This document shows positions 40,572 to 49,002 of a stretch of DNA of 64,000 nt, in pieces. The position numbers and the translations under genes were made by a program. Each line of letters opens with the position of its first letter. Position 1 is the stretch's first letter. The DNA is from Thermodesulfobacteriota bacterium (GTDB lineage: Bacteria > Desulfobacterota > Desulfobacteria > Desulfobacterales > C00003060), in contig JAXHVD010000002.1 in NCBI GenBank assembly GCA_034189385.1, forward strand, positions 29,662-93,661, written 5' to 3'. The notes under the pieces were generated by a model. It was given only the letters and a program-made list of their open reading frames with translations, was not told the DNA's origin and ran no database searches.

Positions 40572-41909
40572 ATGTCATTTCCAACAAGCTACAAGTATGT
40601 CATTGTGGGGGCCGGCATTCACGGTCTCAGTACTGCCTACCATCTGGCCAGGGAACTAAGGAAGAAGAAGTCCGCTGGGTCAGGAAAAGACATTCTGGTC
40701 ATAGACAAAACAGCCATTGGGGCCGGGGCCTCGGGAATCGCCTGCGGCGTTATCCGAAACAATTACTACCAACCTGCCATGCAGGAGCTTATTGCCCACA
40801 GTGTAGGCGTCTGGGAAGAGGATGGTGAGGGATATGGCTATTATCCTGTGGGCTATATGCAGATTTCCCCTGAGTCCATGCATCTTGATGTGGCCGGGAT
40901 TCACGGCCGGCAGAAAGACATGGGGTATCCATCTGTATTCATTGAAGGAGAAAAGGAATGTCTGGCCTATATGAAAGAGAACATCTTTCATGACTGGCAG
41001 GCGAAGAATATTACCTCCGTCTTACACGAGAAAAAGGGCGGTTACGCCCATAATACGAGATCGTTGTACCGGCTCGCAGACAAGGCGGAGGCCGAAGGGG
41101 TTCGAATCCTGACGGGAGTGGAGGTCACTGGATTTAGGACTTCTAACGATGTTGTGACTGCTGTTCAAACCCTGAAAGGCGATATTGCCTGTGACTGGGT
41201 GGTTATTGGCGCGGGCCCCTGGGCCAAAGGTTTTTGGGACATGCTAGACCTTCCCAAGGAGATCGCCGTGAGAGGCCCTGACGGTACGATGCACGATGGT
41301 ATGAAAATGTGGACATACTGGTGCCTTGAGGAAGGCACCCTTGGCGTGCCTCCAGAGCATGGCATGAATAACGACGGGAAGATGCCTCCAGTCATTCATG
41401 TGGATTCAGACGCCCCTCTCTATTCTAGCGAGGATGGTTCTCTTATCACGGACAAGATGTGGGGCATCTACTACAAGCCGGACTTCCACTTCAAAGGGAT
41501 CCAGGGTGGTTCCACGCCCTACATTGTGGAAGGGGAAGAGGTGGCGGTAGATCCCTACGGCATCGATTCCCCTGATTTCATTGCGGGCCCTGAATTTGCT
41601 CATATGTGGACCTCGGCCCTTGCTCATTGCCAGAAAAGGTACGAGGATAAGTATCGATACTACAAGAAGGAGCCCTCTGGAGGCCTCGGCGCTTTCACGC
41701 CCGATAATTTTCCCATCTTCGATACGATGAAAGAGAATTGCTACATGATTTTGGATTCCAATCACGGCTACAAGATGATTGGAGTGGGACAACTGGTAGC
41801 CAAAGAGGTCCTAGGAACGGAGCAGGCCCTGCTCAAGCCTTTCCGTTTTGATCGCTACGCCAAAGGGGAGCTGCACCCAGTATCTAATAGTCCCTTTCCC
41901 TGGAGCTAG
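40572..41909 (+). CDS. FAD-dependent amine oxidoreductase, sarcosine oxidase beta / N-methylglutamate dehydrogenase A-like
   Basis: VIVGAGIHG, GASGIACGVIRNNY, IGAGPW, FTPDNFP, DSNHGYK, C-terminal HPVSNSPFPWS. The MgdA resemblance is recalled, not computed. Confidence 0.8.
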   Translation: MSFPTSYKYVIVGAGIHGLSTAYHLARELRKKKSAGSGKDILVIDKTAIGAGASGIACGVIRNNYYQPAMQELIAHSVGVWEEDGEGYGYYPVGYMQISPESMHLDVAGIHGRQKDMGYPSVFIEGEKECLAYMKENIFHDWQAKNITSVLHEKKGGYAHNTRSLYRLADKAEAEGVRILTGVEVTGFRTSNDVVTAVQTLKGDIACDWVVIGAGPWAKGFWDMLDLPKEIAVRGPDGTMHDGMKMWTYWCLEEGTLGVPPEHGMNNDGKMPPVIHVDSDAPLYSSEDGSLITDKMWGIYYKPDFHFKGIQGGSTPYIVEGEEVAVDPYGIDSPDFIAGPEFAHMWTSALAHCQKRYEDKYRYYKKEPSGGLGAFTPDNFPIFDTMKENCYMILDSNHGYKMIGVGQLVAKEVLGTEQALLKPFRFDRYAKGELHPVSNSPFPWS

Positions 41910-42105
41910 TTGGTTTCCATTCAGAAATGGCATCTTTTCGCCCAATGCGGCGTTCTCCGCGGGTTCCTGTCCTCGACGTAGCGCTGCTACGCCTGTGGCA
42001 GCAACCCTTGTGCGGCCTTGTCTTGGACGAAAATCTACCCTTTCTGAATTGGAACCTGGCCCCCGGTGTCCATGGTTTGTGGACTCATTTGTGGATGGAC
42101 ACTGG
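41910..42105. mobile_element. Palindromic MITE-like element inserted in the operon
   Basis: Imperfect arms GGTTTCCATTCAGAAATGG / CCCTTTCTGAATTGGAACC (41912-42056), inner TTTTCGCCCAA/TTGGACGAAAA, central CGTAGC-GCT-GCTACG, second IR GTGTCCAT/ATGGACAC; flanked by TAG on both sides. Confidence 0.65.
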
Positions 42106-42125
42106 TAGGGCAGTGGAGTTGTTAA

Positions 42126-42974
42126 ATGGAGCTGACCATCCTTGGATCAGGGGGATGCACGGTCATCCCCAAGCCTCTTTGTGGATGCCCTGTCTGTGAA
42201 GAGGCAAGGAGAAAAGGGGCGCCCTACGAGAGGACTGGGCCATCGGCATTCATCCATGATGTGAACCTGCTCATCGACACACCTGCAGAGATAGCGCTCC
42301 AGCTAAACCGATCCCCAATTGACCAGATTGATTACCTCCTCTTTACTCACCTGGATCCGGACCACATCGAAGGATCCCGCGTGGTAGAACATCTTGCCCT
42401 CGACTTTCGCACGTGGCAGGCCTATCCGGACAAAGAGATCCAACTCATCCTCCCCGAGAAGCTGGACAATCGCTTGAGGGACATTCGGTCTATTTACGGA
42501 CCCCTTATCGACTACTACGAAGAACAAGGTTTCGTGCAAAGGACCCCTTTTCAGGACAGTATCGAGCTAGGAGGAATGAGCATCACGGGTATTCCCATAG
42601 ACCGTGGTTCTCAATGGTCCTATATATATGTGTTTAAAAGTAAGGGCCGAAAGATGGTCTATGCACCCTGTGACATTAAACCTTTCCCTGAGGACCGGCC
42701 TGAGGTTCTCAGGGCGGACCTCTTGGTCATACAGCCTGGCATCTTTGAAGACGGGCTGAAGCATGGTTTTACCTATGGCGAGGATCACATCTCCAGAACA
42801 ACGCTCTATACCTTTGAAGAGACCTTGGCACTGGCTAGAAGGATCCGGGCCGACCATGTCCTTTTCATTCATCTTGAGGAGTACTGGAACAGAAGTCATG
42901 ATGACTATGTGGCACTGGAGGCAAGTCTAGACAACGTCCGATTTGCCTACGACGGCATGCACGTGAATGTGTAG
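42126..42974 (+). CDS. Metallo-beta-lactamase-fold hydrolase, PhnP-like
   Basis: ILGSGG, CGCPVC structural Zn site, LLIDTP, THLDPDH (HxHxDH variant), FIHLEE, AYDGM. Confidence 0.88.
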   Translation: MELTILGSGGCTVIPKPLCGCPVCEEARRKGAPYERTGPSAFIHDVNLLIDTPAEIALQLNRSPIDQIDYLLFTHLDPDHIEGSRVVEHLALDFRTWQAYPDKEIQLILPEKLDNRLRDIRSIYGPLIDYYEEQGFVQRTPFQDSIELGGMSITGIPIDRGSQWSYIYVFKSKGRKMVYAPCDIKPFPEDRPEVLRADLLVIQPGIFEDGLKHGFTYGEDHISRTTLYTFEETLALARRIRADHVLFIHLEEYWNRSHDDYVALEASLDNVRFAYDGMHVNV

Positions 42975-42983
42975 GGAGAGAAC

Positions 42984-44162
42984 ATGAATATTGAGGACAA
43001 TGACTATTTGGAGAGAATTCACCGTGACGCGCTTTGGATTCTGGAAGAAGTGGGCGTGGCATGCCCTTCTTTGGAAGTAAGGAAGATTTTTGAGGCTACG
43101 GGCCTTGCCGCCTATGACGAGATGACAGGACATCTTCACGTCCTGGCTCCCTTGGTAGAACAGGCCCTTAACACAGCGCCAAAGCGGGATGCGTATTGGA
43201 TTCCCGAGGACTCCTTTGGAGTTGGGGGAACGGCACCCTTTGTCTATGATGATGAGACTGGTGACCTCATAGCGCCCACCTTCGAACATCTTGCCAAGAT
43301 AGCCAGGATTGTTGACAACGCTGATGTCATTGACTTTATGGCTAGGGGGGTTCTGATTAAGAAGGAAGAGGTGAAGGTTATAGACACCCTTGTGGAGAAT
43401 TGCCATAAACCCATCTATGTAGCTGCTGTGACGGATGCAGGCATTGCCAGGGCTCAGGAAATCCATGAGACTAGAGGCGACCTTACTGTCCAATTTTCCA
43501 TCATCAACAGTCCGTTGAATGTCATCGAAAGCATGATCGATCCATTCCTTTTGTGCGTGAGAAAAGGGATCCCTATCTATGTCTCTACCATGCCCATGGC
43601 TGGCCTTTCGTCTCCTTATTGTATGTCCGGTCTCTTGGCCCTGACGCACGCTGAAGCCCTCTTTGGCATCACCCTGACCCAACTGGTCAACCCGGGACTC
43701 ATGGTGGTCCATGCCGGCCTTCCCTCCATTGCGAACATCCAGAAGAACTATGCCGTGGACTTAGGACTCATCTCACACAACGTGGCCAACCTTTTGACGG
43801 AAAAGGTGAACGAGAGACTGGGGCTCCCGTCCATACAGACGGCCTGCACAACGAGCCAGGAAAGGCCCAACAAAAAGGCCGAAGAAGAGGCTATCGCAGG
43901 ATATGGCCTTATGAAAAAGTACGGTTTTCACCAGATGCGGCATGCCTTTGGATTCTTAAAGGAACTGATTTCTTTTTCCATCGCCAAGCTGGAAAGGCAT
44001 ATCGCCCTTTGCCAGGAGACAGGACCAGACCAGGCCCCCGAATATGACATTGAGCCCTATGACCCAGAAGGCCTTGATGCCATTAAGCGCAACGGCAGTC
44101 AGGCCAACTACATGCGGGACGATCATACCTTGAAAAATACGGGGAAATCCTTTATGTGTTAG
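42984..44162 (+). CDS. MttB superfamily protein, non-pyrrolysine, short form (copy 2)
   Basis: HRDALWILEEVGV, GGTAPFVYD, SIINSPL, TMPMAGLSSP, THAEALFG; colinear with 36150..37364; 392 aa. Confidence 0.8.
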   Translation: MNIEDNDYLERIHRDALWILEEVGVACPSLEVRKIFEATGLAAYDEMTGHLHVLAPLVEQALNTAPKRDAYWIPEDSFGVGGTAPFVYDDETGDLIAPTFEHLAKIARIVDNADVIDFMARGVLIKKEEVKVIDTLVENCHKPIYVAAVTDAGIARAQEIHETRGDLTVQFSIINSPLNVIESMIDPFLLCVRKGIPIYVSTMPMAGLSSPYCMSGLLALTHAEALFGITLTQLVNPGLMVVHAGLPSIANIQKNYAVDLGLISHNVANLLTEKVNERLGLPSIQTACTTSQERPNKKAEEEAIAGYGLMKKYGFHQMRHAFGFLKELISFSIAKLERHIALCQETGPDQAPEYDIEPYDPEGLDAIKRNGSQANYMRDDHTLKNTGKSFMC

Positions 44163-44182
44163 GATAAGGAAATCTGCGGAAA

Positions 44183-45100
44183 ATGAAAGTAGCCGTTTAT
44201 CAGACGAGCCCGGTCCTATTGGATGTGAAGGCCAACCTGGAAGGTGTGATTTCTAAGATCCATGAGGGTCGAGAAAAGGGGGCCAGGCTCATCGTGTTCC
44301 CTGAGCTGGCCCTCACAGGGTATTTCGTGGGGCAAAGATATCACGAAGTGGCTCTGAGGCTGGATTCTCCAGAGATCAAGAAACTAGCATCTGCTACAAA
44401 AGGCACGGCGGCCGTAGTGGGCTTTATCGAGGAATCCCTCTCTATGAACTTTTACAACTCTGCCCTTGTGGCCGTAGACGGAGAGATCTTTTTTGCGTAC
44501 CGCAAACTCAACCTGCCCAACTACGGTGTCTTTGAGGAGCGGAAATACTTCGCCCATGGAAAACAGGTTCCTGTATTGAGACTCCTCGGCTTTAATATTG
44601 CTGTGTTCATCTGCAATGATCTCTGGCATCCCTCCCTGCCGTATCTCGGAGTGTGCCAAAAGGCAGACATCTTTGTGACGATCTTCAGCTCGTCACAGGG
44701 TTCCATGGGGGATGAATTCAGCAATATCGAAAGCTGGTCCATCATCGACAGTTTCTATTCGCGCATTTTTGGCATATATAATATCTGTGCCAACCGGGTG
44801 GGAGAAGAATGCTATGAAGAGAGGCGGTCTTCGGTCATCTATGAAACTGACGGGGCAGATTCAGCAGAGGCCCCATTTCAGATGTTCCAGGATACCACTT
44901 TCCGGTTCTGGGGGGGCAGTGAGATCATCAACCCTTTTGGCAACCCTATTGCAAAGGCTGCGCTTTACGAGCCGGACCAAATCTTCGGAGAGATTTCAAG
45001 AGACCTCCTCCGTCGAAAAAAGATCATGCTTCCCTACCTCAGAAATGATGATCCCTACTTCACCCATCGTGAGCTTCAGCGCATTTTGTATGGAAACTAG
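44183..45100 (+). CDS. Carbon-nitrogen hydrolase (nitrilase superfamily), NAD-synthetase-glutaminase-like
   Basis: Triad E (FPELALTGY), K (YRKLNLPNYGVFEERKYF), C (ICNDLW); ANRVG, FWGGS. Confidence 0.9.
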   Translation: MKVAVYQTSPVLLDVKANLEGVISKIHEGREKGARLIVFPELALTGYFVGQRYHEVALRLDSPEIKKLASATKGTAAVVGFIEESLSMNFYNSALVAVDGEIFFAYRKLNLPNYGVFEERKYFAHGKQVPVLRLLGFNIAVFICNDLWHPSLPYLGVCQKADIFVTIFSSSQGSMGDEFSNIESWSIIDSFYSRIFGIYNICANRVGEECYEERRSSVIYETDGADSAEAPFQMFQDTTFRFWGGSEIINPFGNPIAKAALYEPDQIFGEISRDLLRRKKIMLPYLRNDDPYFTHRELQRILYGN

Positions 45101-45262
45101 ACGGTCATCAAATTCCCGTTTCCGTGTCTCACTTGCCTGCGCCCATTTCACCACATAGGGGTAGTGCCCTTTCTTGTCAACAAGTCTCGCTGAACAGGCC
45201 TTTGAGTCCACGGCACCTGCTATGGTGGCGTCTTCGCGCCTCATGACCAGCCGTGACTCAGC

Positions 45263-45292
45263 TTGACAACTTGTCGCTGATTGATGTACAAT
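45263..45292 (+). promoter_or_regulatory. Sigma70-type promoter
   Basis: TTGACA-N18-TACAAT upstream of the 45471 kinase. Confidence 0.5.
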
Positions 45293-45470
45293 AATGCGAA
45301 ATAACGACGAATTCAAATGGGAAGGCCCTGTGATAGACAAGAAATCCCCGTGTATGGAAGGAGTGTTCAAGGTGCTCGGAGTTTCGTTTTTTTCAGGGAG
45401 CAACTGGTAGGAATTTTCCCACGGGAGTGATGGTATTGCTATCTGCATACCGTTGAAAAGGGATCAATCC

Positions 45471-47348
45471 ATGGAACAGGTTCAAGTGCTTAACGTGGCC
45501 ATCGTGGGTGGGGGCCCGGGATGCAAGGCAATCATGAACATGATGTTTGCCGAAAAGTTGAGCCAGCTTCGGATGAAGCTCATTGGAGTGGCATGCACGA
45601 ATCCTAGGGCTGAAGGTTACTGCTACGCCCAGGAAAAGGGCCTCTATACAACGAGAGACTATCGTGATCTATATGGGCTGGAGGACCTTGGTTTGATCAT
45701 TGAGCTGACCGGTCGTGATGACGTTGCCAACGAGATCGGTCGAACCAAGCCTGACCATGTGCGACTTATTGACCACGTGGCTGCCCGCCTTTTCTGGGAC
45801 GTCTTCCAGATCGAAGAGGAGAGATTAAAAGACCGGAAGCAGGCACAGGCGGCCCTTGAGAAGGCCGAGAAGGAAAAGGTGACCATCCTCGATAACCTGG
45901 TGGAGCATGTCATACGTGGGGATAGGGACATGAAGATCCTCTGGGCAAACAGGGCTGCATGTGCCTCAGCTGAGTTGGCTCGCGAGGAATTGATAGGGCG
46001 CCATTGTTATGAGATATGGGCCAAGCGTAGCACCCCCTGTCCCGACTGTGCCGTTGTGAAGGCCATGGAGACTGGTCTTCCACAGGAAGTGCAAAAGACC
46101 ACCCCAGACGGGAGAACTTGGTCTATAAAGGGTTATCCAGAGCGGGATGAACGTGGCCATATCGTGGGGGGTATCGAAGTCACACTGGATATTACTGAGT
46201 CGAAGCGTCTAGAAGAACAGTTCCAAGAGGCCCAGAGGTTGGAGGCTATTGGCACGCTTGCTGGAGGCATTGCCCATGATTTCAACAACCTTCTCATGGG
46301 GATCCAGGGGCGAGCCTCTTTGATGTTGATGGATATGGATTCTAATCATCCACACTCTGAACATTTGAGCGGGATAGAGGATGCAGTAAAGAGGGGAGCC
46401 CATCTTACCAAACAGCTTTTGGGATTTGCCCGCGTTGGCAAATACGAGGTCAGGCCGACAGACCTGAACGATCTGATTGGAAAAAGCTCTGAGATGCTGG
46501 GTCGAGCCAAAAAAGAGATAAAGATTCGCAGGAAATACCAGAAAGACATCTGGACAGTGGAGATAGACAGGGGGCAGATAGAGCAGGTATTGGTGAATCT
46601 TTATGTGAATGCATGGCAGGCCATGCCCGAGGGCGGGGATCTATACCTTGAGACCAAGAATGTCAAGCTTGATACAGATGATGCGAGGGCTTTCGACGTA
46701 GAGCCTGGCCATTATGTGAAGATATCGACGACAGACTCCGGAACCGGTATGGATGAGGCGACACGGCAGAGGGTGTTTGAGCCGTTCTTTACCACCAAGG
46801 AGCTGGGAGTGGGGACAGGCCTGGGGCTTGCCTCTGCTTACGGTATCATCAAGAATCATGGAGGCGTCATTAGTGTAGATAGCGAACTAGACTACGGGAC
46901 CACATTTAACATCTATTTGCCGGCCTCGGAGAAGGAGATACGAAGAGAGAAGGAGCCGCCGGGAGATGTCGTCAAGGGTACAGAGACAGTGCTTCTTGTA
47001 GACGACGAGGCCATGATCATGGACGTGGGCAAGGAGATGCTCACAGCATTGGGCTACAGGGTCATTGAAGCGAAAAACGGAAAACAGGCAGTAGAGCTAT
47101 ACGAGGAGAACCAGGACAAGATTGATATCGTGATCCTGGACTTGATCATGCCGGATATGGATGGTGGCAAGGTATATGACAGATTGAAGGAGATGAACCC
47201 TAAGATCAAAGTGCTGCTTTCAAGCGGATACATCAGGGACGACCGGGCGAACGGGATAATTGAACGGGGCTGTGACGGGTTTATTCAGAAACCCTTTGAT
47301 GTGAAAGAGCTCTCCGGCAGATTGAGAGAGATTCTGGGGACGAAATAG
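45471..47348 (+). CDS. Hybrid histidine kinase (Rossmann-like N-domain, PAS, HisKA, HATPase, REC)
   Basis: VAIVGGGPG..IIELTG N-domain; GGIAHDFNNLL; NAWQAM, DSGTG, FFTTK, GTGLGL; receiver ILDLIMP. Confidence 0.92.
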   Translation: MEQVQVLNVAIVGGGPGCKAIMNMMFAEKLSQLRMKLIGVACTNPRAEGYCYAQEKGLYTTRDYRDLYGLEDLGLIIELTGRDDVANEIGRTKPDHVRLIDHVAARLFWDVFQIEEERLKDRKQAQAALEKAEKEKVTILDNLVEHVIRGDRDMKILWANRAACASAELAREELIGRHCYEIWAKRSTPCPDCAVVKAMETGLPQEVQKTTPDGRTWSIKGYPERDERGHIVGGIEVTLDITESKRLEEQFQEAQRLEAIGTLAGGIAHDFNNLLMGIQGRASLMLMDMDSNHPHSEHLSGIEDAVKRGAHLTKQLLGFARVGKYEVRPTDLNDLIGKSSEMLGRAKKEIKIRRKYQKDIWTVEIDRGQIEQVLVNLYVNAWQAMPEGGDLYLETKNVKLDTDDARAFDVEPGHYVKISTTDSGTGMDEATRQRVFEPFFTTKELGVGTGLGLASAYGIIKNHGGVISVDSELDYGTTFNIYLPASEKEIRREKEPPGDVVKGTETVLLVDDEAMIMDVGKEMLTALGYRVIEAKNGKQAVELYEENQDKIDIVILDLIMPDMDGGKVYDRLKEMNPKIKVLLSSGYIRDDRANGIIERGCDGFIQKPFDVKELSGRLREILGTK

Positions 47349-47547
47349 GCGTGTAAGGTCGGCCCAGACAATGAGAGGCGTGGGGGGGGGGCATTGCTCC
47401 TACTGGGCTTGAAAGGTATCGTTTTTTCAAGGCCCACTGGGGGTTGTGCAAAAGGCTTTCACCGTGTAAAAAGAATCCCTTTGCCTCTGTAGGATGAAGC
47501 CAAGGGCGGGTCCCCTGGTACTGGTTTTTGTTCCGTCCGTTTCAGTG

Positions 47548-47592
47548 AAAAAAGAGAGGGGCAACCAGGGGGGGGTGGTTTCTGGTTGCCCC
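47548..47592 (-). terminator. Rho-independent terminator, minus strand
   Basis: Perfect 11-bp stem GGGGCAACCAG/CTGGTTGCCCC followed on the minus strand by CTCTTTTTT. Confidence 0.65.
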
Positions 47593-48147
47593 AGTTGAGA
47601 GAGGAGGTACTCAGGGGTAAATGATCTAATGAGCCGCGCGTATTTCTTCAGCAAGACCTTCGCAAGCCAACAGGGTGCAGGCCGTTGAGATGATGCAAAA
47701 AGTCTTTCATGGTTTTCCTGCGTTTGCCATGCTGCCAATGGGATTAACCATAGACGCAGAAGGATTGGCCAAGTTTGCGTTCTATTCAATTCTTGGAAAC
47801 TAGCCGGCGCTTCCACAAACCAGGTTTCCCCATTGACAAGCAGGGCAGACAACAAACGATAGCCAGCCCTGTGAAGAACCGAAGGCCGGTGTGTTCTCTT
47901 TTCTGGTAACCTTCCATTTCCATGGCCCGTTCATCCAACCTTCTGGGGCTGGCCTCTTGTCAGGGTTGTAAAAAGCCCCCTTCCGCTGTGTGATTGCCGG
48001 CCAAGATTGCGCAATGGACGTCTGGGCTTGCGGCAGTTAGGGGGGGGCATGCTGTAAAGTGCTGCGTAACAGAGTCGTCTTGACTCAAGGCTTTGCTGTT
48101 CTTTATCGTCGCCACTGGCGGAGGTAGAGAACTTGGTCTTCATGAAT

Positions 48148-48411
48148 TCACTTAGGCCTCCCTTGGCAGAATGGACAAGCGCCAAATTCTGCTCTGTTAA
48201 ACCACGTTGCACAGAGAGGGCATTCCCCGGCAGGTAAATGGCTGGCCTCGGGCCTTTTTGTCTGAGGCCGTCTGTGGTGTCCCCGTCTCCACTTTTTCCC
48301 GGGGGTCACGGCAAGGCCACAGCCGCAAGCGCAGGTTTCCGTGGCTGCCTCCTTTCTCCGTTGAAACGTCTGTTCTCTGACCTGTTGCGGGGATTTCATC
48401 GTCTTTCCCAT
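48148..48411 (-). CDS. Small Cys-rich phage-like protein (CACGCG + zinc ribbon)
   Basis: CACGCGLAVTPGKKWRRGHH and CPLC-x12-CPFC; first of several small minus-strand ORFs downstream of an AT-rich region. Confidence 0.55.
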   Translation of the reverse strand: MGKTMKSPQQVREQTFQRRKEAATETCACGCGLAVTPGKKWRRGHHRRPQTKRPEASHLPAGECPLCATWFNRAEFGACPFCQGRPK

Positions 48412-48473
48412 TGCCGCTTACATAAAACTCGGCTTTGTAAACACATTCTTGTGAGGACAAAGTCTATAAGTTC

Positions 48474-48552
48474 AAACTAACAAGTATATAAATAATGAAA
48501 AATTAATACTTTGTCAATCAAATTAGTTTAAATTATATATAATTAATACTAA
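48474..48552. promoter_or_regulatory. Extremely AT-rich region with dyad symmetry (operator-like)
   Basis: Perfect AATTATATATAATT (48531-48544) within a 30-bp near-palindrome (48523-48552); AATTAATACT direct repeat at 48501 and 48541; minus-strand TTGACA at 48517-48512. Confidence 0.5.
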
Positions 48553-49002
48553 CTACCTATATGTGGTACTGCTCGTCCCTTGTCCATACCCAATATGGTC
48601 AGGAACCCTCGTAACCCATAAAAAAGATCACGCTGTGTCCGGTAATGGAGGGCAAGACCGGGGCGAAGAAGAGACAAGGTCGGGCCAAGGAGGTGAGGAA
48701 AAGGTGCAGATGGGCAGACTCCGAGCTTTTCCAAACGGTTACCCTTCATGTCAGGCAGGACTTGACCTGTTCTTTGTCTCCCTATAGGTTGATTGCAGAG
48801 GGCATTTGCCTCTCTGATGAGCCAGTGAAGATCTTGCTTTTTCCTGAGAGGTGGGGGGCTGATATATAGGCGAAGGCCGAAGTCCAGCATATACAGAAGA
48901 TCCTGATGTCGGCTTCTGCCGGTAGGACAGAAAATTCGATTTTTTGAGGTCTTACGAGACCATCTTTGTTGATTCTCTGCGTGCCATTTGGCGTCTAATA
49001 AG

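Noticed and set aside
47427-48212. Two in-frame minus-strand ORFs separated by one TGA (47931-47933): possible selenoprotein
   Set aside because: The joined product resembles no selenoprotein and has no redox motif around the TGA. It would run through a strong terminator, and the TGA is better explained as an ATGA coupling.
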